Positions 51,907 through 64,000 of a stretch of 64,000 nucleotides of DNA are shown here, in pieces. Below the pieces are notes generated by a model that worked only from the letters and a program-made list of their open reading frames with translations, made no database searches and had not been told where the DNA came from. Origin of the DNA: Callorhinchus milii (lineage: Eukaryota); contig NW_024704742.1 of NCBI RefSeq assembly GCF_018977255.1, positions 80,168,001-80,232,000 on the forward strand, written 5' to 3'. The translations under genes and the position numbers were made by a program. Each line of letters begins with the position of its first letter. Positions within the stretch are counted from its first letter, which is position 1.

Positions 51907-52594
51907 TTGCATTTGTCAATGTTAGTAGGATTAGTGAGGTCAGTGAATGAGATGAGTTTTTGTCATGATTGTTAGAATCACTGCAATATATGGTAATGCT
52001 CTTAAATTTAATACAATACTGCTATGCTTTGGGTTCCATCAGCATTGTAATACACAGTGTTCACATACTGCTTGTCTGGCAGGGAATTGTCTCAGGCAAA
52101 ACTATACCAATTCACCTCCAAACGTGCACTAAAAGTGCAAAATTAGAAAAGTACATGATTTAGTAGCACCATAATGATTTATTTGGTAAATCATTGTTTA
52201 ATACTTATAAAATGGCAGTTCATTACTGCAGAAAGGTATTCAGACTGTTAAGACTGTAGTAGTTTATGAATAATGAGGTGTAAAATTGAACTGTTTAGAT
52301 GAACAATTAACAGATTAACCATCTACAGAGAATGAGACATGGGGCCATTAATCTGCCTTATAAGAGCAAATTGCATATGAAGTTCAAATCATTCAGTGAA
52401 ATAAGAATTACTCTCATTATTATGTTCTTATTGGAGCTAAGTAACTATAGAAATGAGGGGTAAAAAATATGATTTGAAGTGTGTAAACTTTCCACTCCTG
52501 GAGATGTCCCAAGTGATAACATCAGTGAAATCATTTTAACTAAGTCTGCTGAGGTGCAGAACATCCCATGATAAGATAATTAATAAGATAATGT

Positions 52595-52917
52595 GGAGTC
52601 CTGTAACTCAGTGGTTAGAGCACTCGCTTTGCAAGTGAGAGACCTGAGTTCAATTCCAGGCAGGTCAGGGCGAAACCTTGGGCAAGTTTCTTTACTCCAC
52701 ACGCCTAATAATAATCCCTCAAAACAAAAACAATAATATATTGGTCATTTTCAATCCACGACTGTTTGTGGGACACTGCTGTGCGCAATTGGCTGCCGCG
52801 TTTCGCCCACAAATATATGGTCAATTCACTTGACAGTCTATTCTGTGAAGCACTTTGAGATGTCGAGAAGACGTAAAAAGCGCTATATCAAATGCAAGGA
52901 TTATTATTATTATTATT
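52595..52917 (+). mobile_element. SINE type A (GAGAA loop)
   Basis: Full-length match to 28000-28315 apart from the tail loop. Confidence 0.93.
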
Positions 52918-53991
52918 GTTATTATCTTCACTGATAATTGTATGACACACCACGTTTTTCATCTCAAAGAAGGTTGCAAACTGAATTGAGCCAAAGGTCA
53001 GCCCTCACCCCAATTTCATTCGTCAATCAAATCGGAATCTATGTCACCTTGATTTGGAACTTGACCTTTTTGTGCTTTTGTGTTCACATGCAAGATTTTC
53101 TTTGATGCATCCAGCAATGTCTTAGATGTGTGATATTGCAGGGCAAATTGCTATTTATTATTGTTGTTGGCTTCACTGATCATGAAATCAGTGCTGGTCA
53201 GTATACAAAGCTGTAAACCAATGTTCACCCCCACGCCCCCACCCCCACCTCATCCATTCCCTGAGCTGTCATTCATTTGGATTGACCTGGAGCACAAAGG
53301 AAGTCTCGACTGAGACACTACCACATGTGAGGTGAAGGGTGCTTTATACGTGTAAGCTGTGGTTGTTGAAATGTGCAGTTTAAAGTAGAGAAGTGCCAAC
53401 ACAAATCAAATTGAGCTCTTCTCCCCAATGATTCGTTTTCTGGTGTCCACTAAATAGCCCAAGATCTTTCAGGGACTGTTTTGTTTTTAGTAGATGTATT
53501 GATGTATTCATACTGTTGTAGTTACTGTATTTTAATATTATTAAAGGGACAATTTCATCAATAGAATTACCAAAAAAATTCTGCATCCCTGATCTCTCAG
53601 GTTCCGCACTCAATAACCATGGGCCTTCTCATTATTCCTCTCATGAAGGAACATCTCAGGATTCCACACAGATCCAGCCCAGATATTTATCTTGGCTTTC
53701 CGTATCCTCGATAACCTTGGTTCTGATGGTGCAATGCCTGTTTTATCACTGAGCCATGGCAGCCTGGTCTGACTACGGGTGTAAGTCGAGATTTTCTTTG
53801 TGCTCCCAGGACCTGTGTCTGACCCTGCTGATCCCAATGAAAGACAGGTCAGCGGAGGAATGAAAGAGGATGGGCGGCATTAAGGAATAGCTTTTTATAC
53901 TATCTAGGCTCCTTACATTCCAAAAACCCTTTGGAGGGTCCTCACATCATTTGTCACAAAGTTATTTATACAATAGTTTATTTTGCATCTG

Positions 53992-54312
53992 TAATAATAA
54001 TAATAATCCTTGCATTTGATATAGTGCTTTTCACGTCGGGAGGACGTCCCAAAGCGCTTCACAAAACACACTGTAAAGTGAATTGACTGTATATTTGTGG
54101 GCGAACGCGGCAGCCAATTGCGCACAGCAATGTCCCACAAACAGTCGTAGATTGAAAATGACCAATTTATTATTGTTTATGGTTTTGGGGGGATTATTAT
54201 TAGGCTCTGTGTGGAGTAAGGAAACTTGCCCAAGGTTTCGCCCTGTGCCTGGAATTGAACTCAGGTCTCTCGCTTGCAAAGCGAGTGCTCTAACCACTGA
54301 GCTACAGGACTC
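53992..54312 (-). mobile_element. SINE type A (CTCCC loop)
   Basis: Full-length reverse-complement copy. Confidence 0.93.
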
Positions 54313-54547
54313 TACGAATTGGCTGTATACTGTAAGGCATTGTTCAATGGAACACAAACCATGTTCAATTTTGACTATTCTATAATACTGATTCTTACAT
54401 TTGGTACAGCGCCTTTCAATGTTGGGAGGATGTCTCAAAATGCTTCATAAGAGCCATTGAAAGTTGTAGCGACTACTTTTAATGAGTTTCTGAGATATCT
54501 GTAGATGTTCATTTTAAAACTGCTGTGGAACTGGCTGATTAAGGAGG

Positions 54548-54798
54548 CAGTGGGTGTAACAAGGCCCCGGGGGGTGCTGGATCAAAAATTGGTTAGGGGC
54601 CCCCTTCCCGATTCCGAAATCTAAAATTTTGCTTATCATTCCTCTGAGCACCGGTCCACATCGAGCCCAGGGGACACGTAAGTGTTTCCGAATTGGCTCA
54701 TATATTTTTGGGCTGGGGCACCACCGTCAATGGGTTGGGACCCCATAATCTCGTGGGTCCTCACATGTACCACTTGCACCATTGTAATTATGCCATTG
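54548..54798. mobile_element. Non-autonomous hAT-like DNA transposon
   Basis: Perfect 8-bp TSD TAAGGAGG (54540-54547, 54799-54806); ends CAGTGGGTGTAA / TTATGCCATTG. Confidence 0.8.
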
Positions 54799-55939
54799 TA
54801 AGGAGGTGAACTGGATGTACCGTGTGTGACTTCCCAATTAGGTTTTCCTCCTTTGTTGATGGAAAAAAAATTACAAGCTCAGGAACCAGGCGCAGGGCAA
54901 TGCACCTCGAAGGTTTAAAAATAGTAGTAAAGCACGTCAAGAAGTTAGTTAGGAGAGATGAATAGAGTCTGCTTGGTTCTCAACCACTGTGTCACAGCTG
55001 GGGTTGAGGATTCACACTGTGGACAGACACTTGATTCATGGCACTTATGTGCAGTGCAGCTGTGTGGAGCCATCTTCTCTCCTTCAATAACTTTTTATCT
55101 AAAATAATTTGATGTAGAACAATACTCTCCTCACTCAGCTGTGAAAACTATTTTGCAGATAGAGAGAATCTATTTTTTTAACATGACAAATAGGTTAATT
55201 TTAAGCTGTCAATTTCTTGCAAACATGAAAAGTTAGCTGCCTCATGTAAAATTATGAACTGGCTCTCAACAATGCAGACAGAAGATTGTATTGTATTGGT
55301 TAAAGTGGAATGCCTGGCAGGCATGATATGCTCTTTTTAGATCAGGAAGTAAGAGGGGAAACCAACAAAGGAAAAAATAAGCAGCAAATTTTTTTTAGCA
55401 CAGAACACCAAAATGATATTGATGCAAATTCAGTTTCAAGTTGAGTCATTCTTTCATAAGGATTTGCAGATCAGATATAAGAATTGTCCTGAATTCTGCA
55501 TGGTTATAAATGAAAAGACATGGTGTCAAGTCAGTAGTATTACAGCTGAGAACAAGATAGATTTCAGACCTTTGGAGTCCTTTGTTTCAGGTCCTGAATT
55601 CTATTGTGTTGTGATCTTTTAAGGCACTGGAAATTAGACATGAACACATTTGATATAGTACCTTTCATATTGGGAGGAAGTCTCAAAGCACTTCACATAC
55701 TGTAAAGTGCAGTGACTGTATTCGGGTGAATTAAGTACCAAAGTTGTTGAAATACTGGAGGGATGAGCTTCACCTTCCTGATTGTTCTTAACAGAGTCAT
55801 CTTGTTTTGCTGTCACCTAAGTAATGCTCGTAAGCAGGAGAAAAACAAGCACTTGGGCACGTACATTTGTCTCCTCGTTTAATGCTTAATAAGTGTTTCA
55901 CAAAATATACACCATCATATTGCTTTACTGAATAAGGAC

Positions 55940-56097
55940 GTCAGAAATAGGAGCAGGAATAGGTCATTCGGCCCCTCGAACCTGTCCCGCCATTTAGTAA
56001 GATCATGGCTGATCTTCTAATCTAATTCCATTTACCCGCCCGATCTCCATATCCCTTTATCCGTTTAGTTTTTAAAAATCTATCGATCACAGGCTTG
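55940..56097 (-). mobile_element. CR1 3' terminus
   Basis: AGAAATAGGAGCAGGAATAGGTCATTCGGCCCCTCGAACCTG..AAGATCATGGCTGATC, typical of a chondrichthyan CR1 3' end. Confidence 0.75.
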
Positions 56098-56700
56098 ACA
56101 GATTGATATATCCTGTGATTTGCTTTGAGACACCTTGACGGCATGATAAAAGCACTATATCAAATGCAACAATTAATATTATTGTTATTATAACAATATA
56201 ATGTCAATTAGCTTTAATTCTTAAAATGGAATGAATGTACAATTGCCACCACATTCTGTCGCATGTTGTTCTACTTTATTCTACTTGTGTTACTGTATTC
56301 TACCTCTTAAAGATAGAGGTTCTTTAATACTCACCTCCTGCTTGGTTCAAAAGTGCTTCTGTTCCGTTTTGATTTGTGTTGTGTTAAATTTTGTTGGTTG
56401 AATTTGCTTAACGAACCTTGTATTATGCATGACTTGTGTGTTGCTTATTAGTTTATTTATAAGGTTTGCTTTTGAGTTTTGCACTTCTGGGTCATCATAG
56501 ACTGGCCTGTATCAGACTTCAATAGCAGCAGTATTAAAACAAGAATTATCTAACCTCTGTAAACCATAGGACCTCACAATTATTCCAAAATAGCTTTTTG
56601 CCTCAGTGCATCACATACCAATTGCTTCTAAACTTCTCCGGACATGTGGAGTCCTGCATCTCAGTGTAATTTGTTGTTGTTGATAAGGCACTATAGATAA

Positions 56701-57060
56701 GGAGACCTGTAGCTCAGTGTTTAGAGCACTCACCTCACAAACGAGAGACCTGACTACGATCCCCAGGCAGGGCGAAATGTTGGGCAAGTTTCCTTACTCC
56801 ACACACCACTACTTACCGAGCAGTAAGTAGGAACCCAGTTGTTAGTCGATTGGCAGATGGCTTTTCTGAGGATAATAATCCCTCAAAAAAACAAAAAAAA
56901 TAATTTGGTCACTTAATCCATGACTGTTTGTGGACACTGCTGTGTGTTTTGCCCTTCAAAATATATAGTCAATTCACTTTACAGTATATTCTATGAAGCG
57001 CTTTGAGACGTCTCGAAGATGTGATGAAGCGCTATATCAAGTGCAAGGATTATTATCATT
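56701..57060 (+). mobile_element. SINE type B (TCGAA loop)
   Basis: Head; CTTACCGAGCAGTAAGTAGGAACCCAG segment; 3' half; tail. Confidence 0.9.
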
Positions 57061-57081
57061 AAAAAAAATTACAAATGTTCC

Positions 57082-57387
57082 ATAATAATAATAATCCTTG
57101 CATTTGATATAGCGCTTTTCACGTCGGGAGGACGCCCCAAAGCGCTTCACAGAACACACTGAAATTGATTGTATATTTGTGGGCGAACGCGGCATCCAAT
57201 TGCGCACAGCAATGTCCCACAAACAGTCGTGGATTGAAAATGACCAATTTATTATTGTTTTTGGTTTTGGAGGGATTATTATTAGGTGTGTGGAGTAAGG
57301 AAACTTGCCCAAGATTTCGCCCTGCCTGGAATTGAACTCAGGTCTCTCGCTTGCAAAGCAAGTGCTCTAACCACTGAGCTACAGGAC
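57082..57387 (-). mobile_element. SINE type A (CTCCC loop)
   Basis: Full-length reverse-complement copy; followed by an L2 tail at about 57403-57462. Confidence 0.92.
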
Positions 57388-59144
57388 CATTCAGTTATAC
57401 AGCAACAAAATTACATTTGTATAGTGCCTTTCACATTGGGAGGACGTCCCAAGGTGCTGAACGCTATTCAATGCTAGGGACCTTATTCTCCAAGTGTCTC
57501 GCTTTCCTCTACCAAATTGCCCAGTTCTCCGCAAAGAAGACCAAGTTATAATTGGCTTTATTTTCAATAAAAACAGTTTCGCTTCGTGAAATTTCATCTT
57601 GAGTGAGAATCCCTGTAGTTTATGATGAGTCTATAGGCTGCCTTTGGAAATCCAACGTATTCTGCCCTCTCCTTGGCGCACACATCCACCTCCTGAAAGT
57701 GCTACCACTTTGACCCACTCTTCGTTTGAAAGCACTTCATACACAGTCTTTCACTTCATTCAATAGACTCTCCTGAAGGCTCATTAAAGTCCTTCAGTTC
57801 AAAACTGTCAAGCTGACCTTTCCAATTAAACACTCATAAATGATTTGAGTAGTCCAACCCTCTTGGCTACAGTACTTTGTGACTAGCATACCGTGTCACT
57901 GAAGATGCTCCCAAGGGAAGCCATTGTATAGATAAATTGGTGAAGCATTCATTAGTCTTGACAGGCCCCATTTCGATACAGACTTGGATATCTACACGTT
58001 GTACAAAACACTTTGATAACCAGACCACATTGGGTATAATAAAAAGAAAGGGCCCTCTACCTGTCAAGATTGCAGGATATTCAGCATATACACTGGATAC
58101 TCATTAACATATTTGTGTCAGAGCAAATCGAAGGTGTCAAAAGTGTGATTTTCCAAGCACATTTTTTCTTTAATTAAGGAATCATTGGGATTCTGTGCGT
58201 CCATTTAGTTGGGCTAAATAAAAGTTGTGATTTAGGGAAAATCCTCCTGAGAAAACAACTGGAAACTACAAATATGGCTGCCGTGTGTGATCTACAAACA
58301 CGACCCTGGCTAGCACTTTATGTTTTTTTAGTGTCCTGAGTTGAATGTTTGGATCTCAGATGCCAACCTTTCATGTCATATTACAGCAATATGAATTAGC
58401 CAAATTGATATAATAATAATCCTTGCTTTTGATATGTCAATATTGTCACATTGTCAAAACATATCAAAGCACTTCAGAATGTTCAGGCAGCTTTGGTCAC
58501 TGTCATTATTCAGGAATCTGGTGAGTATTTGACAAAACAGTTTAACTTTCTCATTGATGATGGAACAAATGTATATTAAAAAAACATCCATTTTGGCCCC
58601 CAAATTACAATACACCCCAATTTCCTCCAATCTGGTCATAGTTTATACAAGATCAATAGTTTCCATACTAATCGTTCTGATTCTGTAGATCCTGTGCAGT
58701 CCTTGAAGGATTATACAGGCCTGGATTTGGATGAAATACACCGATTGTTAATGATAATGTGAGAGGCAGTAGGACTTGAAATCACAAACAACAGCAACTT
58801 GCAATTTTATAGCATCCTATGTATAGGATAATACCTTGGAATGCTTCACAGTGGTGGGGTAGGAGGCTGAGCTAGGAAAAAGGAGAGGGACAACAAGGTG
58901 GTCAAAGGGATAGTGTTTTAACGTGACCAGTTAAAGATACCTTTTAAAACAGTGGAGTCACCTTTGGAAACTCAAATAAGCATTTTAGTCACCCCTAGAC
59001 CAAAACAAACCTTCACCAAATGAGTAATACCAAAACAAACAGTGCATATTAATCCATGCCCTTTTTTACTTAACCTCTTCAATGTTGATGGGAGGGTCAC
59101 TGAGCTGAATACCAGTTCTTTCTTAAACAGGTACTGCCTTCAAT

Positions 59145-59610
59145 TATCTCCAACTACTCACATCAAGCTCTGTGAACCTATCACCTCCATCCTCGCCCGG
59201 CTCAACTGCCTCCCCATCCTCCAGAGGGTAGAGTTCAAAATCCTCTTCCTTGCTTTCAAAACCCTCCATGACCTTGTTCCTTCCTGTCCAATCGTTCTGC
59301 TTAAAGGATTCTGGCCTGCTCCATGTCCCCCGCCTTGCTGACCCCACCATCGGTAGTCGGGCCTCCAGCCTTTCTGCTCTCATCCTTGGAACTCCAACCC
59401 ACAGTCCCTTTGCCTCGCTAACTCCCTTGCCTCCTTCAAGATCTATCTCAAGACCTTCCTCTTTGACCTTCAGTCACAATCCTACCCTCCCTGCCCTGTA
59501 CCCCTCTTGATCCCAAACCCCAACTCTGGACCAAATCCTTGACTGTCCTTCGCTTTGAGACATCCTCCCAGTATGAAAGGTGATATACAAATGTAATTTG
59601 TTGTTGTTAT
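59145..59610 (+). mobile_element. L2 3' fragment
   Basis: EPITSILARLNCLPILQRVEFKIL; tail GAAAGGTGATATACAAATGTAAT(TTG)n. Confidence 0.85.
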
Positions 59611-61074
59611 TACCTCATTAAACCTAGCAATAGGTCTCAGCCTTTCAAAGCTGCTTGTATTGACAGGACCACTTCCCGCTGTACAGTGAGGTCCAGCAGT
59701 TCTCTGCCCTGTCACAGATTGGTTATTAAAACTAAGACATTCACAGGATGGTCTAACACAAAAACATCTTAGTTTTTATAACCCGTTGTGCCTGTTCTTG
59801 ATTGCTGAGTGATTGATTTTTCCACATCTACCATTTTTTTCTAGTTCCATCATTACAGGACTATTGACTGAAAAGCTCTGTATAAACAAATGTCTAATTC
59901 ACTTTCGACTTTTTGAAATATGCATTTTGAATGAGAAGTAGTTCACTGTAAGAATTAATCACAGGTGGGTGGCATTGCTCATACGTTTGCCTTTTACTCA
60001 GGGGAGAGGAAACTGCATTGGTACAATGCTGAACACGTGTGATGTCTGATTCAATGTGCTAAATTAACATTCAGTGTTTGTGAACCACTTTCCACTTATA
60101 ATGCATATATCTGTATTTCAATGAAAAAAGCATTAGTAAAGTCCTTAACATTGGACTTGGATTTCTGGACCATCAAAGTGGCTGGCACATCATAAATTGT
60201 CCTGGAACTATCATGGGGGGGGGGTCATCTCCTTGGGGTTGCTTGAAAACGATATGTTAGAATCGAGTCAACCCTCTATGGTGGTCTCAGTAGTCCTGCT
60301 CCTGACACATTGATCTCGATTACATTTTTTAAAAAATGATTTTACCCTGTAAAACTCCGGCAATGCTCTGGGACAGGCACACTCTGGGTTCCCCAAACCT
60401 TGATTAAGGAAACCTGGATTCCATTCCATTCCTGTGTTCATTCCATTCCAGGCACAAATTTCTATGCGCAGGTGACATTCATATGGGCATCTCCTGGTCT
60501 GGCTTGGACACTCTTAAGCATGGTGATAGGATTCCACACAGGTCAGACACCTGGCTGAACAAAAATAATAGCTAAAGAAACAGCAATTGATAGTCGATAC
60601 CCAATGACAGGCAATTTCTAGTTGATACCCCTGTGAAATCTCCCCCATCTCTGACCTCGGGGGAGTGGTTAAGCTTGAAGATGGTCCAAACGATTACTTA
60701 AAATTGTATTGAATAATATTCAATTCAACTGAGCTGTAAGCAGTACTGAATGAAGTCTGTAGCAGTTGTAAGCTCATTGTATTAGTTTCCTCCTGAAATA
60801 TGGGTTGGAAGAAGAAATAAACAGAAAGTGAGCTGAGGGAAACTAAAAATAACTTTTTAATAAAAAGTATCACAATCGGTTGACTCCTTGAGAAACAAGG
60901 GGATGTTGCTGTATTATGTAACCTCATGTGGCACTCTGGAAGCAAAAAAAACAGCTGAACATATCAATTCTTTCTCGCCATCAGGTCACCTGTACAAAAC
61001 TGTAATTGTTTGATTATTATTAGTTCTGCAAGTATTATCACATGAATATAACCTTATTAATGAGTATAGTCTAT

Positions 61075-61350
61075 ACTGGCTCGAATGCAATGCTGGGGAA
61101 GTGCTGTATTGTCGGAGGTGTCATCTTTCAGAAGAGCCATTAAACCAAGGTCCCATCTGTCTGTTCAGGTGGACGTTGAAGATCCTTTGGCACAATTCAA
61201 AAAGAGAAGGGAATTTCTCCCCGTGATCTGGCCAACAATCCCCGAAATAAAATTGGTCATTCATTGCATGGTTGTTTGTGGGGTATTGTTGTGCGCAAAT
61301 AAGCTGCCACATTCACCCACAAAATACCACCACTTTACAGTGTGTCCGGA
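61075..61350 (+). mobile_element. Type C Deu-SINE body
   Basis: GTATTGTCGGAGGTG..CAGGTGGACGTTGAAGATCC..TCTCCCCGTGATCTGGCCAACAATCCCC. Confidence 0.8.
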
Positions 61351-61904
61351 GAAGCACATCCTCCTAACAGAAGTGCAAGCTGCCTGCAGTTAACCAGGTT
61401 AATTTCTGTTGATTCTGCTGATTATATCAATTTATTTTCCAGGAATCTGCATCACCCTGAAGCAAATTGAGTTTTAGTGCCTATATTGAAATGTCTGGTA
61501 AAAATGATGTTGTTTGTCAATAAATGCTGTAGAGAAGAATATTTCTGATTCAATATTCTGCAGCACATCCATAATTCAGGAGCCATGATTGTATAGCTCC
61601 TGCATTTTTAAATATGACTGTAGATATTATTAACCAATTTTGTTCCTATCTTTTCGGTACAATATACAATCCTATTATTTCTTGAATCTTGCTCTCTGTT
61701 TAAAACGAAGAGCTTATCATTTTCATGTTATGTTGGAAAATTTACATGAACTTACATTTAGCATATTTGTATGTATTATCCTCTCCTATTCACCATTTTC
61801 CTTTCCTTATTACCGAACTCACCACTACCTCAACTCAACTTTAAATAACAAAACAAGGTGATAAGTTCCTGATTATCAGATCTATTTGTCAAGATTTAAT
61901 ACAA

Positions 61905-62130
61905 AGGGAATTTCTCCCAGTACTCTGGCCAATTATCCACCAGATAAAACTGATTATTCACTTCATGTGTGTCTGTGACTCATATTGCTGTGTAACAAAT
62001 AAAAATAGGCTGCTGTGTTTGCCTACAAAATGCAGTCACTACATTTTGCATTAAATCCTGTGAAGCACTTTGAGATGTCCTCCCAATTTGAAAGTCACTA
62101 TATCAAATGCAAGGATTATTCATTATTATT
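61905..62130 (+). mobile_element. Deu-SINE 3' half, degraded
   Basis: GGGAATTTCTCCCAGTACTCTGGCCAA...CTGTGAAGCACTTTGAGATGTCC..CAAATGCAAGGATTATT. Confidence 0.7.
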
Positions 62131-62679
62131 TAAAAGTAAGGCAAAACAACATGCTCATTACTGATTGATAGGTTAAAATGTTTACACTGAAAGAAGAGTT
62201 TCAATTTGATTAATAATAATCATCTGGAAGTACTGCAGCCCCACCAGTCATAAATTGAACTACCAAGACCACCAAAGATTGAGTCTGACCTATTGCCAAG
62301 TAGGTCAACTTTTAGGCAGTTCCATTCCATGGAGAGCCGGACAGATGCTACAGCAACAATTGCAGTACTTGACACCCAGCAAGTGCAGGTTTGAGCCATT
62401 AATAGGTGGATGGCAAGTACCACAAATTCCCCGTGAGCTTCCTGGTGGGCAGCACAGCTCAACTTGTAATTCATCACATCTTTGCCAACATCCTCCTGCA
62501 ACTCAGACAAAATGGGTCTTCTACCAGTTGTCATTCCCAAGCCTCAGAGTTTCCCCATCAGCTATTGATGAGCCTTCATCATGGTGGGAAGATCTTTACA
62601 GTTCAGCTTGTGACACTTTGATTTTTTCAAGGTCTACGTCCACTACACACTAGACTGATTTAACACCAGTTGCTGAATG

Positions 62680-62991
62680 TAATAATAATAATCCTTGCAT
62701 TTGATATAGTGCTTTTCACGTCTTCTAGACGTCTCAAAGCACTTCACAGAATAGACTGTAAAGTGAATTGACTGTATATTTGTGGACGAAATGCGGCAGC
62801 CAATTGCGCACAGCAGTGTCCCATAAACAGTCGTGGATTGAAATGACCAATTTATTATTGTTTTTTTTCTTGAGGGATTATTATCAGGCATGTGGAGTAA
62901 GGAAACTTACCCAAAGTTTCACCCTGCCGGGAATGAAACCCAGGTCTCTCGCTTGCAAAGTGAGTGTTCTAACCACTGAGCTACAGGACTC
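62680..62991 (-). mobile_element. SINE type A (TAGAA loop)
   Basis: Full-length reverse-complement copy; possible TSD AATGTA. Confidence 0.92.
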
Positions 62992-64000
62992 AACAATGTA
63001 GGTCCTCTTGTGAGGCCCTGGATTAGCAGAAAAGAGTCAAAATTAACTGCAGCATTTGCCCACAAAACATACTGTCAGTCCAGTTTGGAATGCGCTCATG
63101 ATGTGAGAGGCGCTATACCAAAAGCAAGGATTATTACCATTACTCTGTTCCATAGTTATTGCTGGTTATAATGTAGGAGTGTTTCAATAAATGGAAACTG
63201 TTCATAATAGTTTGGGCCAATATATGGCAAAACATGTACATTTCCAATGGCCCAGACTGATCCCATAAAAATGTCTTTCTAATTTATAGCAAACTGTACC
63301 TGTTTACCTCCTCTGGTAGAAGGGTTCAATCGCTTTATCAAAATTCCAGTTTACAGCCTGAAAATGTTTATGAAATTATGCTCTTGCCAACATGCACCAA
63401 ATATTTTATTGAATTAAGCAAGCAGGATGCAACACTGCAGGAACTTACTTTGGGTAGGTAGCATGTATGTGTGGATATTATTGGATACACTTTAGCATAC
63501 TGATGTTTTTCCACGTGTCATATACTCACCGACAAAGAAAATAACATTCTCTTTTCTGGCAAGTCAGGGTATCAGTGTCTTTGGTCTACAAAAGAGCATT
63601 GATTGTGTTTGGTTATTTTCTCTTCCTCCTCCAATCCTGTGATGGACATTTGGTGATGAAAGGCTTTCTGTATTTATGTGTGCGCTGAAATGTTAGCTTG
63701 TACTGTGATGACCAGAAGCATTGCTTGTTGCTTGTGTTGTATGCGTATATGCTGGAGAAAGTGATTGATTGAAGACTGCAAATGTTACTTCACTTAGAAA
63801 ATACAGCAACCAAAAATGCCCAATAACATCTTCAAACAAGAACGGGATAGAAATCTAGCTGAAGGTTATCAGGTCAAGTACAGTCTAATATGACCAATTC
63901 ATCCAGACCACACAATACATTCTATACTTTTGGGATGTGATGGGAAAACAATTGTCCACAATGGATAGCTGGGCAGGAGCAATATGAGACATAGAGGATT

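Noticed and set aside
62220..62653. Overlapping ORFs of 71-132 aa
   Set aside because: No recognisable motif or consistent splice structure; may be a decayed transposon but I cannot assign it
63650..63715. C/D box snoRNA candidate (GTGATGA)
   Set aside because: No CTGA D box at a terminal stem
1..64000. CRISPR array, operon or other prokaryotic system
   Set aside because: Vertebrate-type repeat landscape; recurrent motifs are irregularly spaced SINE/LINE tails

Overview
Eukaryotic, AT-rich, repeat-dense DNA with no recognisable protein-coding exon, so probably a large intron or gene desert. The repeat complement points to a cartilaginous fish, most likely a chimaera such as Callorhinchus; this rests on recalled repeat consensus sequences, not a database search. 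The larger mobile elements are a 5'-truncated young L2-clade LINE (31104-33786, +), a decayed near-full-length CR1 LINE (42469-45775, -) and a 5'-truncated Tx1/L1-clade insertion with a 12-bp TSD (15217-15883, -). There are many L2 and CR1 3' fragments and several small non-autonomous DNA elements (hAT with 8-bp TSD, mariner-like with TA TSD, and a palindromic AAAATTCCAC-TIR family). Three related tRNA-derived SINE types share a Deu-like 3' half. The most interesting signal is a modular SINE series (head swap, then domain deletion, then loop change) whose youngest form shares a 24-nt 3' stem-loop exactly with the young L2. Other signals are nested insertions, a 52/53-bp inverted duplication and TAAT-rich candidate conserved non-coding elements. 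The ORF-track entries are LINE remnants or appear to be chance ORFs. I found no novel protein-coding system. Coordinates of old fragments are approximate.
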